From: an uncultured Candidatus Saccharibacteria bacterium
GTDB taxonomy: Bacteria; Patescibacteriota; Minisyncoccia; UBA6257; GWB1-50-10
Direction of reading: 5' to 3'
Assembly: GCA_964525595.1 (NCBI GenBank)
Contig: CAZGHF010000002.1
Location: 1 to 50,887 of the forward strand
Length of the DNA stretch: 50,887 bases
Part shown: piece by piece, positions 27,777 through 34,188 of the stretch
How the letters are laid out: each line of letters begins with the position of its first letter
Position numbering within the stretch: position 1 is the stretch's first letter
Program-made: the position numbers and the translations under genes
Notes under the pieces: model-generated
What the model was told of the DNA's origin: nothing
Seen by the model: the letters and a program-made list of their open reading frames with translations, nothing else
Databases searched by the model: none

Positions 27777-28832
27777 ATGTTTCACACGCCGAAAATTTAC
27801 ACAGTTGAGTCCGTTACTTCCGGCCATCCGGACAAAGTTTGCGACCAGATTTCTGACGCAATTTTGGATGAGTGTCTGCGGCAGGACCCAACCTCCCGGG
27901 CTGGCATTGAGGCTTTCGGCAGTCACGACCTTTTAGTTGTGGGTGGTGAGGTAACAACCAAAGCAAAAGTGGATTACAAGAGCATCGCCGCCCAGGTTTA
28001 TCGTGACATTGGCTACACCGATGATTTGAAAATCATTGTAAATGTCAGTGAGCAGTCGCCGGATATCGCCCAGGGGGTGGATACCGGCGGGGCCGGTGAC
28101 CAGGGGATTATGTACGGCTACGCTACGGATGAAACGCCGGATTGCTATATGCCAAAGGGAGTGATGCTGGTTCATAAACTGGCCCGGGGTTTGGAAGATT
28201 TGCGCCGGAGCGGCAAGTTCAATTGGTTGGGACCCGACGGCAAAACGCAGGCAACTCTCGATAACGGCAGAATTACCAAGATTTTAGTGAGTACCCAGCA
28301 CGACGACTCAGTTGAGCAGGCCGAAATTCGGGAGGCGCTTATTGAGAACTTGATAAAGCCTTTAGTGGAAGATTTAAACGACGTGGAAATTTTGGTAAAT
28401 CCCACCGGTAAGTTCCTTGTGGGCGGCTTTACGGCCGATACGGGTCTTACCGGCCGGAAAATAATGGTGGATACCTACGGCGGTCTTGCCCCTCATGGCG
28501 GCGGCTGTTTCTCCGGCAAGGACCCGACCAAAGTGGACCGCTCCGCCGCTTACATGTGCCGGTATATCGCCAAAAACGTGGTTGCCAAGGGTCTTGCCAA
28601 AAAGTGCCTTGTTTCCGTCTCTTACGCCATCGGTCGGGCCGAGCCCTTGATGGTTGAGATTCAAAACGAGGAAGGTAAAAGTTTGAGCGGGTTTTTGGAA
28701 GATAATAACTTTGATTTCCGGCCGGCGGCAATAATCGAGCGCTTGGACTTGCGCCGCCCGATATATTTTAAAACAGCCGCTTACGGCCACTTCGGCCGCC
28801 CGGGTTTCTCCTGGGAAGCTGTTCTTAATTAA
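27777..28832 (+). CDS. metK: S-adenosylmethionine synthetase
   Basis: ESVTSGHPDKVCDQISDAILD, GAGDQGIMYGYA and GGGCFSGKDPTKVDRSAAY signatures. Confidence 0.9.
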   Translation: MFHTPKIYTVESVTSGHPDKVCDQISDAILDECLRQDPTSRAGIEAFGSHDLLVVGGEVTTKAKVDYKSIAAQVYRDIGYTDDLKIIVNVSEQSPDIAQGVDTGGAGDQGIMYGYATDETPDCYMPKGVMLVHKLARGLEDLRRSGKFNWLGPDGKTQATLDNGRITKILVSTQHDDSVEQAEIREALIENLIKPLVEDLNDVEILVNPTGKFLVGGFTADTGLTGRKIMVDTYGGLAPHGGGCFSGKDPTKVDRSAAYMCRYIAKNVVAKGLAKKCLVSVSYAIGRAEPLMVEIQNEEGKSLSGFLEDNNFDFRPAAIIERLDLRRPIYFKTAAYGHFGRPGFSWEAVLN

Positions 28833-28920
28833 ATCTGTAAAAGTTGACTATTTTTGAAAAATGGTTTATTCTATTTTTAGCAGATCCAAATTTTGACCCT
28901 ACAGACCATGGAGGTAAAGG

Positions 28921-29304
28921 ATGCCACTCACGGGAGAGAAACTTGAAAGGCTACGGCTTCTTCTTTCCTTGGAGCCGAAGAAGCTCACCGACGATGAGAT
29001 TACGGATCTCCTTGAGAACAGGGAGGAGCTCGCCGGTTTCACCCGCATATCCCGGGGGTTTCCCTACACCGTGGAGGCGGTGCAACGCTATCGGGCTCGT
29101 AGGACGGACCTCTCGCTGAAGTCCACGAAAGATCTCGAGGCGCTCTTGGAGAGTATCCTGGCTAGGCGGCGGGAAGATCTCGGCGAGGACGACTCAAGGG
29201 ATCCGATGAGTTCTCCCGTCACCAATTCGTCCGCCAATCTCGACGAACGCATCATCCGTGAACTCCTCGAGGAGCGGGAAGCGGCAAGTGCCGTTGCGAC
29301 CTGA
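28921..29304 (+). CDS. Hypothetical 127-aa protein, GC-rich ORF
   Basis: Good SD (GGAGGTAAAGGATG), an upstream TTGACT-N17-TATTCT element and a downstream terminator. No recognisable family motif. Confidence 0.55.
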   Translation: MPLTGEKLERLRLLLSLEPKKLTDDEITDLLENREELAGFTRISRGFPYTVEAVQRYRARRTDLSLKSTKDLEALLESILARRREDLGEDDSRDPMSSPVTNSSANLDERIIRELLEEREAASAVAT

Positions 29305-29334
29305 CCATGGGGCAAGAGGGAACAACAACAGCAT

Positions 29335-29368
29335 ACAGGGCAAGCTTCGGCTTGTCCTGTGTTTTTTT
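29335..29368 (+). terminator. Intrinsic terminator
   Basis: ACAGGGCAAGC-TTCG-GCTTGTCCTGT hairpin followed by GTTTTTTT. Confidence 0.75.
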
Positions 29369-29454
29369 GAAATCCTTTTTGAACTCCTTAGTTTTATTGC
29401 CAGAACGCTGTTTTAGTTATATTCTGTTTTTAGTAACCCAAAAAGGAGGTGGTT

Positions 29455-29544
29455 ATGAATACGCCCCTATTGGCTGTGGTTATAATCGGCCTGTTCCTGG
29501 TGATTATGGTAGAGGAAAAGCCTTCTTCCGGCACTCGCCAGTAG
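29455..29544 (+). CDS. Possible 29-aa hydrophobic peptide (MNTPLLAVVIIGLFLVIMVEEKPSSGTRQ)
   Basis: Strong SD (AAAGGAGGTGGTTATG). The ORF is below the track's size cut-off. One predicted TM segment. Confidence 0.35.
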   Translation: MNTPLLAVVIIGLFLVIMVEEKPSSGTRQ

Positions 29545-29705
29545 TGCCGATTGGGAGAACCGGCCGGAGCAAATGACCGTCGTTGGCACAAGCCGCGGCG
29601 GTTACTTCTTTTTGTATTTGTTGACAAAATAGACATTTCTTTATATGCTTTTCGCCAGCATTAGGTTGTAAACCAGGCAAATGACTGATAATCCAGGAGG
29701 AGAAA

Positions 29706-29885
29706 ATGAACAATCCTGAAGGCGAAGTTCACACGCTCATTAGTGGACGGCCGCCCTGCGGTTTCTCCGATGATGTGCCGGGAAACTGGCCGCCGGGGCA
29801 CCTCTGGACCGATTACCGGGACGTGAAAAACATCACTTGTCCGGGCTGCAGGGAAGCTGCAGAAAAACTGCAGAGAAGCGAATGA
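29706..29885 (+). CDS. Hypothetical 59-aa Cys-containing protein (MNNPEGEVHTLISGRPPCGF...CPGCREAAEKLQRSE)
   Basis: SD CCAGGAGGAGAAAATG. Upstream TTGACA (29621-29626)-N17-TATGCT. Followed by a terminator. GC-rich like its left-hand neighbours. Confidence 0.5.
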   Translation: MNNPEGEVHTLISGRPPCGFSDDVPGNWPPGHLWTDYRDVKNITCPGCREAAEKLQRSE

Positions 29886-29925
29886 AAACACCGTAAAAAC
29901 TACGGTCATTCTAAGCAAACCAATC

Positions 29926-29965
29926 ATGCCCCCGAGGTTAAACAACCGAGGGGGCATTCTTTGTT
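29926..29965 (+). terminator. Intrinsic terminator
   Basis: ATGCCCCC...GGGGGCAT GC-rich stem followed by TCTTTGTTG. Confidence 0.55.
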
Positions 29966-29968
29966 GTG

Positions 29969-30028
29969 GTTGCCCCATGTTTTAACATATGTTAAAACAT
30001 GGGGCAACATTGGTTTAGGTGGGGTTTG
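29969..30028. repeat. 60-bp repeat, copy 1: 40-bp perfect palindrome plus a 20-bp tail
   Basis: GTTGCCCCATGTTTTAACAT|ATGTTAAAACATGGGGCAAC followed by ATTGGTTTAGGTGGGGTTTG. Identical to 31117-31176. Confidence 0.95.
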
Positions 30029-30088
30029 ATTTACGTACTTATTTACGTAAATTATTTATGCCGAATTTATTGAGGTATAATAGGGGAT

Positions 30089-30142
30089 ATGGCTAAACGC
30101 TCTGACAAAAGGGATATTAGGAAACTAACCCGCCTGGGCTAA
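30089..30142 (+). pseudogene. 17-codon remnant resembling the N-terminus of an AbrB/SpoVT-type protein
   Basis: MAKRSDKRDIRKLTRLG* parallels MTEKNIRKITKMAGGG of the intact AbrB-like gene at 31257. Both lie downstream of a copy of the 60-bp repeat and a TGAGGT..TATAAT element. Confidence 0.3.
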
Positions 30143-30146
30143 ACTT

Positions 30147-31028
30147 ATGAATTTTGAGGTTAATAAATCAGAACAAGGAGAGTCAACTCCAGAAATAGTT
30201 GAAGACCCGCGTATTGAAGAAATATTAGAAGATTTACGCAAGCCAGAGAATAGACAATCAGACGAGGCATTTTTTAGTGCTCATATTGAGGCAGTGACAC
30301 GATTAGAAGAGTTGTTTCCAGAAGAATCAGAGATGTCAGAGGTTGCGCAGATAAAATATTTGGCAGAAATTTTTCATTATGAGGTGGATCGTCTTATCAT
30401 AGAAGATGTAGGAAAGAATTATCTGCATCAAGCCATAGAGGTTAGTATGCCTATAGAGCTTATTAGTCTTAGTTTTGAACACGAGGCAGCGCATCAAGAA
30501 AGAGCAGATGAAATAAAAGACCAAATTCATGATAAAAAAGCAGCTCTTGTTGTTGAACTTTTAGATAATACAGAGGAGGAGTTATACCAACACTTAGGCG
30601 AGAATTTTTTAGAGAGAATAGATAGTGATACTCAAGAAAGAGTGGAGGGATTATTAAGACATTTTCAGGATAGCCTTCCGTATAAGTTAGATAAAGATAA
30701 AAAAGAAGAAGCATTACAAAGAGAACAAGAACGTATTGAAAAGAGCGGCGAAGCTAGAAGATATGTAATAGCGAGCAAGATCCAAGAGTTTCTTTTAGAG
30801 AATAATATCTTGCCCGGCAGTACTTATTTTTTGGGTCCAAAACGGATAAGGGAAATCTTGGAGGTAGTAAGTGAAATAAAGGATTCGCAATTAGCCAAAG
30901 GCTACGCTCATGTAATCAGAAACCGTTTGGTGGGTTCGTCAATAGTTCAGATGTTTGATAAATCTTCAGTGTCACCGCTCGACTCAGTAGAGGTTGAGAA
31001 GTTTGTTTTAGAATTAGTAGGGAAGTAA
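30147..31028 (+). CDS. Hypothetical acidic, predicted all-helical 293-aa protein
   Basis: Long ORF bracketed by the two 60-bp repeat copies. No recognisable motif. A GGCTAATTCG-TG-CGAATTAGCC hairpin follows at 31079-31100. Confidence 0.6.
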   Translation: MNFEVNKSEQGESTPEIVEDPRIEEILEDLRKPENRQSDEAFFSAHIEAVTRLEELFPEESEMSEVAQIKYLAEIFHYEVDRLIIEDVGKNYLHQAIEVSMPIELISLSFEHEAAHQERADEIKDQIHDKKAALVVELLDNTEEELYQHLGENFLERIDSDTQERVEGLLRHFQDSLPYKLDKDKKEEALQREQERIEKSGEARRYVIASKIQEFLLENNILPGSTYFLGPKRIREILEVVSEIKDSQLAKGYAHVIRNRLVGSSIVQMFDKSSVSPLDSVEVEKFVLELVGK

Positions 31029-31116
31029 AAATAAATAAGAACATATTGATTTCTTTGAAATTTGAAATCCGGCTCATCGGCTAATTCGTGCGAATTAGCC
31101 AATGGGGTTGGGGAAT

Positions 31117-31176
31117 GTTGCCCCATGTTTTAACATATGTTAAAACATGGGGCAACATTGGTTTAGGTGGGGTTTG
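31117..31176. repeat. 60-bp repeat, copy 2
   Basis: Identical by eye to 29969-30028. Confidence 0.95.
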
Positions 31177-31181
31177 TGAGG

Positions 31182-31240
31182 TGATATAATTAATTCATAG
31201 ATTAATTACTGAATTAAATCAGTAATTAAATCAGTAATTC
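31182..31240 (+). promoter_or_regulatory. Extended -10 (TGATATAAT) plus repeat-type operator before the AbrB-like gene
   Basis: ATTAATTACTGA (31201-31212) is the inverted copy of TCAGTAATTAA(A). AATTAAATCAGT is tandemly repeated at 31212-31235. Confidence 0.45.
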
Positions 31241-31256
31241 TATGGGGAGGAGAAAA

Positions 31257-31451
31257 ATGACGGAAAAGAATATAAGAAAAATCACCAAAATGGCCGGTGG
31301 CGGAAGTTTTGGTATTACCTTGCCGATTGAGATGGTGCGCAAGTTAAAGTGGAGAGAAAAGCAGAAGGTGGTTGTAAAATTGAGAGGTAAGAAAATCACA
31401 GTGGAGGATTGGCCTGCCTCGCCGAAGCGCAGCACAGGCGGGAAGAAGTAA
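31257..31451 (+). CDS. AbrB/MazE/SpoVT-family DNA-binding protein
   Basis: GGSFGITLPIEMVRKLKWREKQKVVVKLRGKKITVE is a typical swapped-hairpin beta-barrel motif. SD GGGGAGGAG lies before the ATG at 31257. Confidence 0.75.
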   Translation: MTEKNIRKITKMAGGGSFGITLPIEMVRKLKWREKQKVVVKLRGKKITVEDWPASPKRSTGGKK

Positions 31452-31452
31452 T

Positions 31453-32289
31453 ATGGAACAAATAACGATAACGAAAGATTTCTATTTAAAATTAGGCGTT
31501 TCTGCAAACGAGCTTAAGATAGTAAACAAAGGATTAGCCTTGTCAGCTGGACTAAAATTAAGCCCTTTTGCTAGACCCCGTCGGGTTGAAATGTTGCAAG
31601 AAGCAATAAGTTGGCCGAAAGGTAAGAATCAAGAAGATCGCAAAATCACAAAACTATATAAAGCCGGCGGTTTTGAAGTTGTTGTTGGTAAACCTGGCAA
31701 AGAAGCTGCCCCCGATTTTAGAGGAAGACATTATATAACAGGTGAGGTGACGAACAATGCGAACGATATGAATCCTTCAATTTTAAAAAGAGGTAAGAAG
31801 ATTGAAGGTGATTTAACTTTTAGTGATATGTTTGAGAAAATCGAACATCTTATGCATGCCGATGTTTTCGGATTAGAAATTCTTGGTATGTTAATTTTCC
31901 GTATGGCATTTATGTTAGATCATCAAAAAGACAAAAAAGAACACTGGCGATATATTCCTCCAGAGACCTCGCTACGTTCACTCAAAAAACGAATACTTAA
32001 AATCAATGATGTCCCAATAGAGATATTTTTGTATTTCTTGGATGTTTTAGCACTAAACGAGGATGTTAAAATGCATACTCTAGGTTATGAGAATGCACGG
32101 CATGACTACGGACGAATAAATACTCTTCTAACCTTTGTTAATTTAATAGCTGTTCTATTGAATCGGCGTTCTCTCGCTAAATTTGCTGGTGCATTTGCTA
32201 GGCCACCTTCTGGTATGGCGCCCTTGCCTAAAATTAAAGATCTTTTTGATACTTTTCCTCTTTTGTCGCCTAACTTCTTAAAATCTTAA
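31453..32289 (+). CDS. Hypothetical 278-aa protein, translationally coupled to the AbrB-like gene (candidate toxin or restriction component)
   Basis: The start is 1 nt after the AbrB-like stop (TAATATG). The 3' end overlaps the convergent methyltransferase gene by 4 nt. I could not identify a nuclease motif with confidence. Confidence 0.6.
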   Translation: MEQITITKDFYLKLGVSANELKIVNKGLALSAGLKLSPFARPRRVEMLQEAISWPKGKNQEDRKITKLYKAGGFEVVVGKPGKEAAPDFRGRHYITGEVTNNANDMNPSILKRGKKIEGDLTFSDMFEKIEHLMHADVFGLEILGMLIFRMAFMLDHQKDKKEHWRYIPPETSLRSLKKRILKINDVPIEIFLYFLDVLALNEDVKMHTLGYENARHDYGRINTLLTFVNLIAVLLNRRSLAKFAGAFARPPSGMAPLPKIKDLFDTFPLLSPNFLKS

Positions 32290-33737
32290 ATTCGTTTTCG
32301 TCCTCGAATTAGCTTATATTTTGGAGTAATATAACCGTTAGCTAAACGGTCGTTTATTATATTGCAATAATTTTTATCAATTTCAGCTGAGATAAATCGT
32401 CGGTTTAGTTTTTTGCAGACATCTATTTCTGCTCCACTACCTCCAAAAAGAACAAAAACAACGTTTTTAGGTCTTGTCGATGCTTTTATCAGCACTTCAG
32501 TTAGTTTTTGAGGAATTTGACAAGCGTGATAGGTTTTTTCCTTGCTGACATTTTTGACGAGGTTGAATTCGAGCCACGAATACGGCATTCGACCCGCCGA
32601 GCCATTTGCTAAATTCCGTTTAATTCTTCGGTCGTTAGGATTTTTATAAGGAAGAGCAACGGCGTTTTTGAAGAATTTATTTTTTGCATTTTTTCGAACA
32701 TGTAGAATGCTGCGGTGTGCCGTTGTGAATCGTTTTGGTGTATGTCCTACATTGGTGTTATAAACCCAAACATATTCGTTAATATTTGGAAAATGTGAGT
32801 CTAAATATTTAACACGAAGGTGAGCGTTTTGTTGAGGATAATTCATCGTAAAAAAATTGCCGTCTTTTTTAAGTACACGCATTGATTCTCTTGTGAGTTC
32901 TATATACCAATTAATATAATCATCAAATTTCTTCTTGTAATTATTTTCACCATATCTTACGCCAACGTTATAATCCGGGTCACCAAAAATCATATCAATG
33001 CTGTTGTCTGGCAAGTCTCTAAGAACGTTCATCACATCGCCATTATAAACTTTGTTAACGTAGTCTGATATTTTACCTCGTTGTTTTTCACTTTTCTTTG
33101 AAGACAAGACAAAAGTATTAACTGGTTGTTCTGTTTCGTTACTTCTTATTACATCAATTAATATCCCTTGGATTTTAATATCTCTTTCACCTCTCTTTAT
33201 AATTATCGGTTCAAAGTTTTTATTCGCTGACTGCAAGCGGATGTGGCCGCGTTCTTTGTAGAATTTTTTTAAAGTCGCTTCGGAGTTATCAATCAACGCG
33301 ACTACTTTTTGGCCATTCTCAGCGGTTCGTTGGTGTCGGACTAAAATGATGTCGCCGTCTTTTACACCTTCTTCAATCATGCTTTCACCCTCTACTCGCA
33401 GGGCATAGATTTCTGATGAGGGAGGTATTTTATTCTTTGGAACCGCGATGGTTTCGCTTGGAACGTCAAATAAAGTTAGTGGCCGGCCGGCGGCGATTGT
33501 ACCGAGTAAGGGAACTTGAATCATGGGCACTGATTCTACTATTTCAATTCCTCTTTTATGATTTCTATTTAGTTTGATTTGCCCTTTCTTTTCTATCTTT
33601 TGCAGGTGTTCTTGAACAGTCCCTAAAGATTTTAGCCGGAAGTTTTTGGCTATCTCCTCAAAGGTGGGGGAGTAGCTATTTTTTTTGATATAGCTTTTTA
33701 CGAAATCAAAAACCTCTTTTTGTCGGACTGTAAGCAT
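32286..33737 (-). CDS. Fusion protein: full-length LexA (wHTH plus S24 peptidase) joined to a beta-class N6A/N4C DNA methyltransferase
   Basis: LexA part: MLTVRQKEVFDFV...SPTFEEIA, an Ala-Gly site in GTIAAGRP, catalytic Ser in VEGESM and Lys in EATLKKF. MTase part: motif IV FGDPDYNVG, followed much later by motif I VLFGGSGAE (PF01555-like order). The track start, GTG at 33752, is an alternative. Confidence 0.85.
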   Translation of the reverse strand: MLTVRQKEVFDFVKSYIKKNSYSPTFEEIAKNFRLKSLGTVQEHLQKIEKKGQIKLNRNHKRGIEIVESVPMIQVPLLGTIAAGRPLTLFDVPSETIAVPKNKIPPSSEIYALRVEGESMIEEGVKDGDIILVRHQRTAENGQKVVALIDNSEATLKKFYKERGHIRLQSANKNFEPIIIKRGERDIKIQGILIDVIRSNETEQPVNTFVLSSKKSEKQRGKISDYVNKVYNGDVMNVLRDLPDNSIDMIFGDPDYNVGVRYGENNYKKKFDDYINWYIELTRESMRVLKKDGNFFTMNYPQQNAHLRVKYLDSHFPNINEYVWVYNTNVGHTPKRFTTAHRSILHVRKNAKNKFFKNAVALPYKNPNDRRIKRNLANGSAGRMPYSWLEFNLVKNVSKEKTYHACQIPQKLTEVLIKASTRPKNVVFVLFGGSGAEIDVCKKLNRRFISAEIDKNYCNIINDRLANGYITPKYKLIRGRKRI

Positions 33738-33750
33738 TTTATAGTTATCC

Positions 33751-33821
33751 ACAACCTACGGCTTTTCTACGGTATAAATATATTATAATCAAAGATGACC
33801 CGTAGATAAACCGTAGGTTGT
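33751..33821. promoter_or_regulatory. Quasi-palindromic divergent promoter/operator region
   Basis: ACAACCTACGG (33751-33761) faces CCGTAGGTTGT (33811-33821). CTACGG occurs at 33756 and 33767. CCGTAG occurs at 33800 and 33811. Spacing within each pair is 11 bp. TATAAATATATTATAAT sits in the centre. Confidence 0.6.
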
Positions 33822-33861
33822 CCACAGGGTAAAGGTCGTAGAAGTAATTAAATTCAATAAA

Positions 33862-34083
33862 ATGGCTATTTCTGAAGAGACTAAAAAAGCTTTACGTAAG
33901 CGTGCCGGTGGTAGATGCGAATGTACTATGCTTGTCTGTGATCATCGTGGTAGAAGATGTCAGCGTGGCCTTTCTACTGAATATTGGGATGCCCATCGTC
34001 GTGATGCTGGTGGCCTTTATATTCTAAGTAACCTTATCGCTATGTGCGCAACCTGTCACAAGAATACTCGTACTTACGGTTGA
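33862..34083 (+). CDS. Mini HNH endonuclease-domain protein (73 aa)
   Basis: CECTMLVCDH...DAHRRDAGG...SNLIAMCATCH fits the zinc-bound HNH (C..C...H...N...C..CH) pattern. Confidence 0.75.
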   Translation: MAISEETKKALRKRAGGRCECTMLVCDHRGRRCQRGLSTEYWDAHRRDAGGLYILSNLIAMCATCHKNTRTYG

Positions 34084-34103
34084 TGAGGTAAAATAAAGGT
34101 ACC

Positions 34104-34125
34104 AACCCGCCGCGGGGTGGAGGAG
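34104..34125. repeat. GC-rich intergenic motif, a-type (AACCCGCCGCGGGGTGGAGGAG)
   Basis: Differs by 1 nt from the copy at 36486-36507. Confidence 0.8.
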
Positions 34126-34188
34126 TAAGTCTGATCACGGATTTGTTAAAAATGAGCCTCGTTTTGGTGTTTTTGTTAGAATAAACTT

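Noticed and set aside
28844-29576. Track ORFs 28844-29119(+, TTG start) and 29307-29576(+).
   Set aside because: The first overlaps the better-supported 28921-29304 ORF out of frame and begins inside its promoter. The second runs straight through the 29335-29368 terminator hairpin and has no ribosome-binding site.
29969-30008. The 40-bp perfect palindrome interpreted as an ordinary rho-independent terminator.
   Set aside because: No U-tract follows on either strand. A conventional terminator already lies immediately upstream (29926-29965). The element is duplicated together with 20 non-palindromic bases.
29969-31176. CRISPR array or IS element formed by the 60-bp repeats.
   Set aside because: There are only two copies, 1.1 kb apart, enclosing a normal ORF. 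No cas genes, no transposase and no short regular spacers are present.
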